A stretch of 64,000 nucleotides of DNA from Asterias rubens. Its lineage: Eukaryota. Shown here one piece after another: positions 50,791-62,900 of the stretch. The DNA lies in NCBI RefSeq assembly GCF_902459465.1, contig NC_047069.1, forward strand, positions 9,548,001 to 9,612,000, given 5' to 3'. The translations under genes and the position numbers were made by a program. The notes beneath the pieces were generated by a model. The model saw only the letters and a program-made list of their open reading frames with translations. It searched no databases and was not told the DNA's origin. Within the stretch, counting starts at the first letter, position 1. Every line of letters starts with the position of its first letter.

Positions 50791-51576
50791 GATAATTTTC
50801 TCCATTACTTCACAGTGTAACGTTTCTCTAGATCTTTTTTTTTCACAAACACTGATAAAGGCTTCTAACCAAGGGTTTAATCGCAATTAACTTTAGAGTG
50901 ATTACTAACTGTACACTTTCCCTTGAACAACCTCTGGCATACAAGAGCACTTTTATTCCAAGGGGTGCTGGGTTTTGCCAGAGCCAATACGGCGTGGGGT
51001 CCGCAGCCCGTTTAAGGGCCCGGATTTTTTCGGGCTCCTAGATGCTCAGCTGTCGTGCATTCTGAGCCATTATTTGGCACTTAAATGAACCTTTTGGAGG
51101 TGGGATATTATCGGCAATTTAAAAAAATAATAACCCCATAATGTTCCAATGTTGCAGTGCTGCAGTGCGTGTGCGCCATTATGAGTGAACGGCGTGTAAT
51201 GCAAACGGACAGCGCGCACACGCACTGCAACATTGTAACACCCCTTTGACAGAATAGCCCAACAACAAAAGCAATGCGACAGGTTCAAAATATAAACCTG
51301 GGAATTTGCTCCGGGATCTGGTAAGTTTTTGTCCTTTTTCTTTAAAAATATATTCTCAATGGTGTTTTGAGGGTTCATTTGACATTGAGGATTAAGTTCG
51401 TGCCCTTAGAATTTGTGTCATGATTTTTGAAAGTGGTAAAATGCGGCAAATCTGGTGACTAGCTGTTGAAATTGTACGTGTTGGACCAGATTTACCGTTG
51501 TCGCTTGAACTGATCTCGTAACCCTAGCCCTCCGGCCTGGCGGCCGTCGGAAGGAGGGTTACGTTATTGCAACTAA

Positions 51577-51820
51577 CCATCAAGGTGAGAGAGTGGGCTG
51601 TCGACTATCACAATGCACCGTCTGGGGTAGCCCCACTTGTGTAGGCTGCTGCAGCATGGCTCTGCATCGGTACGGAACCAGTTGAAGAGGTACCAATTGC
51701 TGCGAGAGTGGTCCATTCCCGGCAGCTTGATGGTGGGGTTGGTGACCAAGAGTTTATGCGGGACGGCGGTATGGTCTTGCCACCCAATGTGCCATGGTTC
51801 TAGGCGAAACTTGGCCTAGA
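51577..51820 (-). mobile_element. Non-LTR retrotransposon ORF2 C-terminal remnant
   Basis: The minus strand gives PHKLLVTNPTIKLPGMDHSRSNWYLFNWFRTDAEPCCSSLHKWGY..PQTVH..PLSHLDG, a decayed version of the PGFDLPR..LNRFRT..LHKWG..C.CG..QT..HIV..CP motif. Confidence 0.7.
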
Positions 51821-52633
51821 AATTCAAAGGAAGGGAGACTTTGATATTTTTGTGAGAATCTATTACAGGTCCAGAAAGGCATTAATACTTCTGGAGAGAT
51901 GCCATGGCTGCTCAACATAAATCAAATCAAATAGGCAAATTGACCGAACTATTGTTAAGGCCCATCTGAAATCTGCCATGAATTGATGGATGGCTGAACG
52001 GCACATGGATTATCCCTGTTGTTAGGCGATTGTTGGTGAAGCAAAAAGTCACCTAGATCTACTTTTAAAGTATAATTTAGCCAGTTTGGCATCAACCTAT
52101 AAAGTAGCTTACATGTACCTTATCTTTAAATCAATATTATGTTACTATCAAGATCTCATACAGTCAAAGTGGATGCCCAGTCGATGATCCATATTCCTGC
52201 TGCGGCACATGCTGCAGGACACATCTTGAAGTAGTGGTAAGCTTTAGATCCAAGGCAGCAACGGTCCGAGTGTGATGCCGGCATCACAGATTTTTTTGAT
52301 TTTTGACCAAAAATCCAAACTTACAAAATTCTCAATAAATCTCAAACTTTTGCTTGTTTACCCATCCCACACGGATAAAATGTGTTCAGTAGTCCTTTCT
52401 GTATCATTTGAAACCATAACTGTAGCGCCCTCAACCTCTGCTTCATGTTATCTAACCCTGGTAAGTGGATGAAACGCGCGGATACACGGGTGGGTTTTCC
52501 CGTTATTTTCTCCAGACTCCGATGACCGATTGAGCCTAAATTTTCACTGGTTTGTTATTTGATTTAGAAATTGTGATACACGAAGTGTGGGCCTTGGACA
52601 ATAGTGTTTACTGAAAGTGTCCTATGGCTTTAA

Positions 52634-53085
52634 AGGAGAAGAGCAGCCCGCTTCGTCTGCAGAGACTACAACCGCACAAGCAGTGTTACAACTATGCTAA
52701 AATCTCTCCAGTGGGACACCCTGGAAAGCAGACGGAAAGTGGCACGAATTTCAATGCTCCACAAAATCCACCATGGTCAGGCTGCCGTCCCGGCAGGAAA
52801 GTTCTTACAGCCGGTCACTCGCCAATCCAGACACAATCACAACAAGGCCTACCAACTGTTCTCCGCAAACAAAGACTGTTTCAAATATTCATACTTCCCC
52901 CAAACAGTAAAAGACTGGAACACATTACCACCAGACATCATAGCCATCACGGACAATAAGATCTTTAAAAGAGCCGTCATATCTCACCTAAGAAGTAACT
53001 AAAAACTGCACCGCGCACACTCACTCTTCTCGTTTTGCTCTAGTAAGAGCGTTGAGAATATTGATCCAGATCCAGATCCAGATCC
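52634..53085 (+). mobile_element. 5'-truncated CR1-group LINE 3' end with (GATCCA)n tail
   Basis: RRAARFVCRDYNRTSSVTTMLKSLQWDTLESRRK..YSYFPQTVKDWNTLP, stop at 53002, microsatellite tail at 53063-53085. Confidence 0.88.
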
Positions 53086-53861
53086 GGAAGGTATTCCTTT
53101 GGTAAATACTCAAAAAATTTAAAACTAACTTAGTAAGAAGCACTGCAGCTGTTGATAATTAATGTGTAACATTACGAGAAAGATTCCCTTCTAAGGATTG
53201 TGGTTTTAGAAAGGGGATTCTAAAAAAAAATTAAATCTGTAAAGCGTTTCTGCATGACGCTGATTGGTGTTAGCACTGTACACTCAGTACTTTCCCTGTG
53301 AACAAAATCACAGACGTATTACTCGGGTTGGATTCGAACCCATGACCTTTGCAATTCTAGAGTGTCTTACCAACTAGACCACCGAGATTGCCCGGTTTGT
53401 TTCTGTAGTTTATTGTTTTAGGAGATATTGTCTGGCTTGATGGAAATGGGTAAACATTTTGGGTGTCTGAAGGACCACTTGGTGTCTGTGGGTGTTTGGA
53501 AATGGTTGTAGAATTCATTGAGGTGTATTGGCTGAACCAAAGGAGATGGTATTCGCAGGTGGGTTGAGATGGGTTAATTGCTGATGGGTTTGGGTGGGCG
53601 TTCATTGTCGAGTTCCTGGCTTGTAGGCTGCAGTGCACCCTGTTTGATTTAGGATATAATGGGTTGAATCTATTGATTGCCTCTTGGTATTGGTGTGGGA
53701 GTTTGTAAAGGTTAAATTGATGGAGTTGTTTTTGTAATTAACGAGTAGATATGCCTGGCTGTAACTCATGATTCATTTCCCTGTCATTATTATGTCTTAT
53801 AATAGAATAACCACTGTAGCTCGCAAGCCTGAGGAAATGTGTAAAAAAGGGTGCCTATATA

Positions 53862-54083
53862 CTTTGTGAACCAGACACACCAGGGTTACCCCTACTCTAA
53901 GTGTTCTACGTTCTTTTACACGCAATACAAATCTTTATAGAGTAATGTCACAGCCAAAGGACAAAGCATTTATGGTAAAGTGTCTCGCTCAAGTGCCAAA
54001 ACTGGGCATCGAATCCACACTCTGCTGATCAGAAACACCAGAGCTCAAGTCCAGTGCTCTTAACTGCTCGACCACAACACCCC
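53862..54083 (-). mobile_element. tRNA-derived SINE, family 2 (another fragment at ~54935-55065)
   Basis: Reverse complement of the head at 60221-60300 (GTGGTCGAGCAGTTAAGAGC..TGTTTCTGATCAGCAGAGTGTGG.TTCGA). Confidence 0.75.
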
Positions 54084-54518
54084 ACAATAAATACCACAAA
54101 AACTGGTGTGTGTAAAAACAAGCCTGGTATAACAAATGAATAGATTGAAACCAATTTATGTAAAAGGTTCAAAATTACTGATCCTGCAATAATTTGTATT
54201 TATTTGGTTGTTATCAATGATCAATTTTGAAATTCTGTTTTCCCCATGAAGGTGCCTGCAGGAATCAAAGATAGTGTTTTCAGGATTGCCTACGTAACAT
54301 CCTGGAAGCCGTGGACCATCTTCTGACAAAGAGGGCAGTAACACTCGGGTAAGAACCATTGTCATGCACAGAGCTCAATGCAAAGCACACACAATTGTAA
54401 AGGACGGACAAAATCTGTCTGAGCAGATTCGTCTCAATGCCATATTATGTATTTGTTATCACTTCGTGCACCACTCAGCCAAGTACTTGGGCAGCATCCA
54501 GCAACAAAGTCCAGCTTT

Positions 54519-54558
54519 CTCATGAAGAGGATCAGAGCATACTAATTCAAACATTGAG
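54519..54558 (+). ncRNA. Heavily decayed hammerhead-like motif
   Basis: CTC-aTGAAGA-G-GATCAG-AGCATA-CTAATT-cAAA-CAT-T-GAG: hammerhead spacing is retained and stem II has 5/6 pairs, but core C3 and G12 are mutated. Confidence 0.4.
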
Positions 54559-55403
54559 TCATTAACCACTGGGTTTTTTCAGATATTTGTACATAGTGTT
54601 ACCGCAAACCTCTCTTAGTATTTGCTTATGAAAGTTTCCTGAAAATATTATCTGTTGCTGAAATTATTATCTTCTTAAAAAAAGCTTTGAGGGAGGGTTT
54701 ACCTTTGGTAATTATTCCTCCAAAAATTAATGCCATAAAAACTTACTTGGTTCCGTCTGAGAAATGTATCTGTATGGAATGTTCCCCAGAACTTGTGTAT
54801 TCCAATTACGGACTATTCTGACCACACGGGCATTAGTAGCAATATCTAAAACAAAACGCTACCACCTTTTGAAATGAAATTTTCTTGTACGTACATTGCC
54901 AATCCTTGTACAGTGTCCTATCTGAAGAACAAAGCAACTAAGGTAAAGTACACAAGGACACAAAGGACACAAGTGTCATGTCTGGGACTCAAACCCACAC
55001 TCTGCTGACCAGAAACACTGTCACTTGAGTTGGTTACTCTTAACCACTTGGCCACAACATGTCACAACAACTCTGTTGAAGCTGTCACTGATAGCTCTTT
55101 TCAGGGTCAAGAAAACTGCTAAAAGACCAATTTCATTGAGTAACCACAGCCTACAGGTTTGATTGATTTATAGTAGTAAGGCTTGCAGTAACACCATGAT
55201 TGAATAGTGATAATGGCTGACGGGTTTGACTTATGCTCAATAAAAGTAGCATAGTTTTAAATCAATGCTTGCTTTTTGAGTCCTGCAGAAAGGTGTGAAA
55301 CTGATGTTCAGAGCGACACTTTTAGGAAAGAGTTTTGATATTGGATGGCATTTCAGTTTTATTGTGTACGCCCTGTTACAGATTCAGAAAAAAGAGGATA
55401 TAC

Positions 55404-55548
55404 TAAAGCCTGGTTCATACTTCCTGCGAATGCGAATGCGATACCTATTTGGATGTTACAAATTCGCAACTAATAATTTGAAAACAGCCCTATGACATCA
55501 AAATTTCGCTTTGCATTTGCATTGGCAAGAAGTAAAATCAGGGCTTTA
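55404..55548. mobile_element. Palindromic MITE (second copy at 59702-59869)
   Basis: TAAAGCCTGGTTCATACTTCCTGCGAATGCGAATGCG ... GCATTTGCATTGGCAAGAAGTA..CAGGGCTTTA. Confidence 0.7.
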
Positions 55549-57194
55549 CGTACTGTGGTAAACAACCCTTACTGATTATCTTTTGTATTCCTACCACACC
55601 AGGTGTATTGAGCCAGGTGAGATGGAGTCCAGCTTCGTTGATGATGGGGGCTCCCATAGCTCCTCACCCCCATGCACACCAGAGGAAATCCTCATTCCAT
55701 TCCATGCCCTCCATGGACATGAACAACGACTCTTCAGCTCTCCAGATGATCTCTACACATGCCGGAATAAGTCATCAGAGTTCAACGAGGAACCAAGTCA
55801 AATGAGCAGGGAACAGATGCTGCAGTCCAAACAAAAGTCTAAAGGAGTCGGTAAAAGATCCAATGCATGCTTACAAACCGTTCTAGGACTCCTCGACTGA
55901 TAGGAAAGATCTAAATTCGGGGAAAGGGTTCCGCCACCTCCCTCCATGTTTGCCAGCGAGCTGAATTGTCTCTCGGGTGGGTGGCCGACGAGGGGGGAAA
56001 CCGGGCCGGATATCTACGAGACGGGTGCGGGGACAGCAGGGAGAACACCTGTTTCTCATTGGAGATTCCGCGAGTGAGTCTCGTCGGTGGGGATATCGTT
56101 GACGAAGATGAGGAGTCCGTCCCCCACTGTGAGTTCTCGTCTAGATTCTCGCTGCTGTGTCGCCCGCGTTTGTTCTTTGCACCAGCTGTAACGACAACGC
56201 TGCCCCGGTCTGGCTGCGACGACACTGGAGTGCTCAGCCGGTCCTCACAACCTGTCCTTGCAATAATTTGGGGCTGCTCGGGAAGCGGCTGTCGATGATG
56301 GGTGCCGCTCGAGGCAAAGACATAGACCTTGCCAGGAATTGAATATCATAACGCGCACAAATTCACTAAGCAGAACTGGGCAACTGAGTCGTACTGCATT
56401 TGTACTGCTTTACGACCAGATTCCCAGATAGCTTATTGCTTAGCAGAGAAAGTTGTCCAGAGGCAGCTTCATCACCTGAAACATCTTTGTACCTGATTTT
56501 TGCTGTTTTATAGTAACCATCGTTGATGTTGTAAAAAATGGGAAGCAGTCGCCACCACTGCTGATGCCAAATCTTCAAAATTTAAATTATTGTGTAATTA
56601 TAAATGGCCAAGCGAGGGAGACATTTCTAGGAAATTTTGTGAGCTTCATTATGAAAAAGAGAAAACAGTTGGAAAAATGAAAATGGTTGTCCAGAAATAA
56701 GCGGTCCTCTTACACAAACGAAGGTTTTAGGCCGCAACAAATTTGAGTTGTCGAAATAGTCTACCTCTTTTTGAAGTCTCCAGTGACTTGGAGTGTGAAC
56801 TCAACTTGAGATTTGTTTCTCCAATATAATTCTTGAATCCAATATTGGCAACCACTAAATTTTCCCTAAAAAGGAATGTAAAAACCTGTTATTTCACACA
56901 CTTGAACCCTGTTTTTTACTGTTTTTTGACCATCAGTCAACATGTGTATTAGCCAAGGCATGGAGTGAGCAAAATGTGTAATTGACTGAACAGAGGTGCA
57001 AGAACTTGTAACTTGTCTGCCTTTTAATACACTTAGTTTGGGTTCATTGGGCCAGTGTGCAACCTATCAAGCTGCTATCAGCAATTTTGGTGATGAGTTG
57101 AATTTATTTGTAATGTCTGGTACCTGGTAGATTACAAATGAACACTCGGTTTGAAATTCCTCAGAATATTGCTGCATAATGTAGAGCAAGTTTT

Positions 57195-58160
57195 GAAATA
57201 CCCAAAACACGAGGGTACTGAAGTACATGTATGACCAATTTGAAGGTTGCAAAACACTACTGAATATGTGTCTGTAATATTAGGACCAATGGGAGACTTA
57301 AGATTGCTAGGTGGCAGCAAACACGAGGGTACCGAAGTACATGTATGACCAATTTGAAGGTTGCAAAACACTACTGAATATGTGTCTGTAATATTAGGAC
57401 CAATGGGAGACTTAAGATTGCTAGGTGGCAGCAAACACGAGGGTACCGAAGTACATAGACCTTATCGCAAATACCAATGCACACGCGCAGACTGTTGAAT
57501 GAGGTGCATTGTGGGATATATATGGATCAAATTTGGATACCAGCAAGACCACAATGCACCTAATTCCTAGCTTTACGCGCGCGCCCCTGTATTTGCGAAA
57601 AGGTCTATGTATGACCAATTTAAAGGTTGCAAAACACTACTGAATATGTGTCTGTAATATTAGGACCAATGGGAGACTTAAGATTGCTAGGTGGCAGCAA
57701 ACACGAGGGTACCGAAGTACATGTATGACCAATTTGAAGGTTGCAAAACACTACTGAATATGTGTCTGTAATATTAGGACCAATGGGAGACTTAAGATTG
57801 CTAGGTGGCAGCAAACACGAGGGTACCGAAGTACATGTATGACCAATTTGAAGGTTGCAAAACACTACTGAATATGTGTCTGTAATATTAGGACCAATGG
57901 GAGACTTAAGATTGCTAGGTGGCAGCAAACACGAGGGTACCGAAGTACATGTATGACCAATTTGAAGGTTGCAAAACACTACTGAATATGTGTCTGTAAT
58001 AATATTAGGACCAATGGGAGACTTAAGATTGCTAGGTGGCAGCAAACACGAGGGTACCGAAGTACATGTATGACCAATTTGAAGGTTGCAAAACACTACT
58101 GAATATGTGTCTGTAATATTAGGACCAATGGGAGACTTAAGATTGCTAGGTGGCAGCAGA
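57195..58160. repeat. 114-bp minisatellite (~7 near-identical units, one with a 3-bp insertion)
   Basis: CTAGGTGGCAGCA occurs at 57307, 57421, 57687, 57801, 57915, 58032 and 58146. Confidence 0.97.
57457..57606. mobile_element. 150-bp MITE inserted in the minisatellite, AT target duplication
   Basis: TIR AGACCTTATCGCAAATAC...GTATTTGCGAAAAGGTCT. The empty site GTAC-AT-GTATG is visible in neighbouring units. Confidence 0.85.
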
Positions 58161-58914
58161 CTAACCAGGTAAATGTCCATTGTTTATGTAGTTCTGAGCA
58201 TGTGCCCATTACCAAGAATAATGAGTTTACAATACTCCTAAGTGATCTTTTTATTTTGGTTGTGAAACCCTGCGCTGAAGTGTCCTAAGCACTGTATTCT
58301 TGGTACTTTCTGATTCTTTGCTGAAAAAGAACTCTACAGGCAAACTTGTTTATTATTGATACCCACTTATTTTTGCTTAGCAGTGTACATGAGGCCAGCG
58401 GCTCTATGTGATCACTCCCAGGTCATACATAGTTATTAGGTCGGAAGTTTTATCAATCAAAGTTAAACTGCCATGATATGAAAGAACAGATGTTCACTCT
58501 CAAAAGAAAATGCCTAGTTTGGGGGATTTCTGTTTGTTTTTTGTTTTCACTGTTGAGCTGGAAAGTTTGGGACAAAAAAGTAATATGAGTTGAATGTGAG
58601 TATGTGACCAATTGGAGATGTTTGGACGGTCCTTTTGTAACAGCTCTTGCGTGTCATCAGCGTCTTTAAAGTCTTTGGAAGGCAACTGTCTTAAACTTAG
58701 TGTTGTATACTGCATGGCTCTCATCGAATAACTGGTTCTGTATGTGATATATTTGCTTTGGCCCACTTGGTTACACCCAGCTCATAAATATTAAGTACTG
58801 TCTACTTTGCATACAGCTCATGTCAAAGGTCACACCATGACCTGCATTCCCAGGTATAGTTAATAAAACGTTTTTCCAGTATGGCAGCTCCTTTGCACAG
58901 TGTGTGGATTATTG

Positions 58915-59450
58915 TCTATTATATAACACCCAAGCCGATCCTTGCCATTTGATTGGAGGATTGTCCGTCACGTGATAGCAAATAAAAGTACCATTGCACG
59001 CTGAGTCACTCACCGTGCTTTTTCGTTCCATCCGAAAAGTACCATTGCACGCTGCCAGCATGCAATGGTACTTTTCGGATGGAACGAAAAAGCTGAGTAA
59101 AAACATCACTGCGTGCGCGTCTTTGTAACGCAGCAGTGTTACTGCAAGGAATAATATTAGTAAAATTACTAATACTACTAGCATTCGGATTATACTATCA
59201 AAAATTGTAGGCCTACGCTTTGTTTGTTTTGAAAGTTGTGTCTTTCAATCAAAATGACAAAGATCTACTTGGATGTTATATAAAACAAATAATGAATGTT
59301 TTTCATTCGTGCAATGGTGCGAATATGTTCATTCGTTGAAAGCTGGAATGTTCCATTCAACTCGGCTCCGCCTCGTTGAATAGAACATTCCATCTTTCAA
59401 CTCATGAACATATTCGCACCATTGCACTCATAAACATTCATTATGTGTAT
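58915..59450. mobile_element. Non-autonomous element built of nested palindromes
   Basis: Perfect 33-bp-arm hairpin at 59017-59093 and a ~70-bp-arm imperfect palindrome at ~59292-59445 with a central CTCGGCTCCGCCTCG loop. Confidence 0.6.
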
Positions 59451-60220
59451 ACCATCCCACGCGAAATACACTACACTGTAGAAATGTACTGCAGTATCAT
59501 TTCCATGGTTTTATTTTTACTGATTTCCTTGGTACTGTTTAGGAGAAAATCTGACCAAGGACCTCATTCAATCAGAGAGTCCCTGATCAGATAGTTTTCT
59601 ACTCAAGAGTAAAACTGTATATCTCACCAATATGTACACAGACATCTTATTAAAACCCAACAAATGGCAATACCAAATAATCAGCATTTTCTGAAAGAAA
59701 TTAGCCTGGATGGTTCTGAATTCCTGCGAATGCGAATGCACTAAGAATTTTGACAGTGAATAGTTCGCAACACTTGAGCTGTGTTCAACTCTTGCGGTAT
59801 ATTCACTGCGAAAACAGCCCTGTGGTGTCAAAATTTGCTTCGCATTGGCAGGAAGTATGAACTAGGCTGTAGCCATGCCCATCAGCCCCATCAGGAGGCG
59901 TTTAATGAGATTATTTATGAATATCTAAATATCATAACATGTCAACTTGTACATTCTTGGTGTTTAAGGTCTAATACCGAGTTATATTGCAGCACTGGAG
60001 CTTGTGAAAATTAGTAGCTGTGACTTGTCTGTACAGCAGTTAAGAAGTCATAATAAATTAATGTCATCTCATATCTAAAAGAAAGACAAACTGACTTTTC
60101 TTCTTTATTTTTGTTTTAGATTGCGGGGATCCGGACGGGGCCCCTGGGGTGGGGGCAGTGACAAGATGGTAGAACCCAGATGTGGGGGAGATTTTTTATT
60201 TGATGCATATGTTGGGATTT

Positions 60221-60591
60221 GGAGTGACGTGGCCGAGCGATTAAGAGCGTTGGATTTGAACTCTTGTGTTTCTGATCAGCAGAGGGTTCGAATCTCAGTC
60301 GTGACACTTGTGTCCTTATAAGCAAGACACTGAACCATTACTTCGTCCCGTGTGTTGTGTAACGCACATTAACGAACCCAGTGCACTTATCGAAAAGAGA
60401 AGAGGTTCGCCCCGGTGTTCCTGGTTTGATTGGCAGCATATTGCGTCAACACACCACCTTGTGAACCATGTGCTTTAAAGGAATAGTCTCATACTTCAAT
60501 TACTTTTCTTACAGGACAAAATATTGACCACCTTGATATGCCCCTAGGGATGTAATAAAGCACTAAGAACCTAATATTATTATTATTATTA
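60221..60591 (+). mobile_element. Full-length tRNA-derived SINE, family 2, with (TTA)n tail
   Basis: A box TGGCCGAGCGA, B box GGTTCGAATC (60285-60294), central GTGTCCTT..GCAAGACACT..AACC motif, tail at 60575-60591. Confidence 0.8.
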
Positions 60592-62523
60592 GATGGGGAG
60601 GGGAAGGAAAATTAATCAATTAATTTAACATTCCCCTGCCAACAAATTTACAGTGCCCCCCCCCCCCCCCCACTACAGATATTTTGGACTAAATGTACTT
60701 GATAGGTTTCCCTCCTGAAAATTCCACGGGGGAACTTGACAAGGGGGTCAAGTAATGTATGGCCCATCAAACAAAACAAATATTCCCCCCTGAAGTGCCC
60801 ATTCTAAAACATAGTCTAATTATAAGCATAATTATCCGCCATGAAAAAAGACGGCGCTTAAAGTAATAAGTTGTAATTTATTACTATTACTAATTTATTA
60901 ATAAACTTTTTTCTTCTAAATGATTGATGTTTCACCTTCTGCTAGTGTTATCAGTATCAAGCTAAGTTTTGAAAAATGTAGAAGTTGTTTCAGCACAGGA
61001 AATCACACCATACTGATTCGTTCACACTTGACAGGTCGGACACGTGACAATCACAACAATCACTCTCGTTCCCAGCTGTACTACCTCATAGTTCAGTCGT
61101 ACCCACCATTAGTAAAGGAAAGGACGATGTCACACGGTTCCCGTGAAAACGAGGTTATTTGTTTACCTTTTAGCATTGCAGATCTAGACTTAGTTCCCTT
61201 TGAATTGAAGTTTGATCTGGCGTTATTCACGAGCCCCGAAATGTCACGTCATCAGATGTTCAGGCTTCTTAAAATGGGGAATTTTACTAATATTTCACAA
61301 GTATTAATGTTTGTTTACACATAAGTCTTCTAAACCCATCTGCACTAACGAAGTAGTCGCTCGTAAAGGAGTTTGATTTTTTATTTCGAGCGAGTGGGTA
61401 ATTGGTCTTCTTATACGCGCTACTGCTAGGTTCAATTTTTGAGAGACCATCTACACAGCAGGAAGACAACATGGGCGCCACCCCAGCTGTTTTTGTCTTG
61501 CCAATTTTGGGGTTCATCTAGCAAAGGAAGCATCCACATTCTTCGTCAAGGACAATGTATGTATGAGTGATATTCATTTTATGTATAAACTGTGTGTTAA
61601 CTGGTGCCATGTTTCCATGTGATGTTCGTTGAACCATGGAGGAAGGAATCTCCATGGTTGAACTAGAGTTGTTAATTCCCAATCAACAAACGTCTTCAAA
61701 AATGGCATTGACGACTACTTCACCAAAAACATTGACATGTATAGCTTTGCAGGATGCTCACCTCAAGATATATGGAAATATATCATCCACTTCAGCTGCT
61801 CTAGACTTTGTTACTTCCCATTTAGTACTTTTGCAGTAAGTTTTTGTGTGAATAATGGGTGTTTTATAAGGCTTCATTTAGCTTTCATTATGCAGAGCCC
61901 GAATCTACAGGTATAAAGAGTAAAATGTGTATTGTAAATTATACTGTGCATGTCGTAGATTTATGCCACACTGACGTCATGTGTTAGTACGATTACTCAC
62001 ACATGTGAACAAAGCTAGCCCCATAAATCCTCGGTCCAATACACTTCATATCCTTGGCCCCATAACGTCTGATTTCATGAAACCTTATTCAACTGCGTAA
62101 GTTCACTTGCACAACATTTATTGCACAACCTACGCCATTAACGTTGCGCAAGTGGTCCTACGCAGTTGTGTTAAGTTTCGTGAAAGCTGCTGAAGTTGTA
62201 GATAGCCCTATCACTTGGAATTGGTCAAACATACATCACTGGTTTGGGTAGAAATCAAATGAATTTTTAATGCGAATGATTTGCCTGATGCATGTATTAT
62301 GTCGGTTGCTTATAACACAATGGATTGTAGACTGGATCCTTATGCTGCGTTATAGTAAAACATTTATATGAACAAAGCACCAGTCTACTTACATCACTTG
62401 TGCTACAATGTCATGAAGATTTGACAGCTGCAACGGCTGGAAACGCGTATACCCTGATCTTTCACCGCTTTTTTATGTATTTATTTTAATTTTTTGACAA
62501 TTAGGCCTACATGATATTTTTAT

Positions 62524-62900
62524 GATTTTTATGCCCTTCAGAGGCAAAGACATGATTTTTATGCCCTGCAGAGGCGAAGCCACTAAAGGGGCATACTGTT
62601 TCTGACATGTCCTTCCGTGTGTGCGTGTGTGTGTGTTTGTATGGCCTATTCTCCGGGGAAATTTTTCAATAGGGACAATAGGTCCTCACTAGACGGTTCT
62701 TTGTTTTCAGATGTCCTCTGTAGTCATTTGTGTACAAAACCAATGGCGATTGCTTCAATACAGGAACAACAGAAAGTACAATAGGTTTCCTCTAACATAT
62801 AATGGGGCACTGTATATGTCTGCGTGCGTGTGTATAAATAATTTATAACTCAGAAGGACTCAAACTTTTTTTGTTGATTGGTCCTGTCCTGTGATCCCAC
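62524..62900 (+). mobile_element. Helentron-associated (HINE/DINE-1-like) non-autonomous element
   Basis: TTTTTATGCCC...GGGGCATA subterminal palindrome (start duplicated), followed by GTCC/GTGT microsatellite; this is the DINE-1-type layout. Confidence 0.5.

Noticed and set aside
61640-61760. CR1-like ORF2 end (VVNSQSTNVFKNGIDDYF)
   Set aside because: The resemblance covers under 20 codons, too short to support as a feature.
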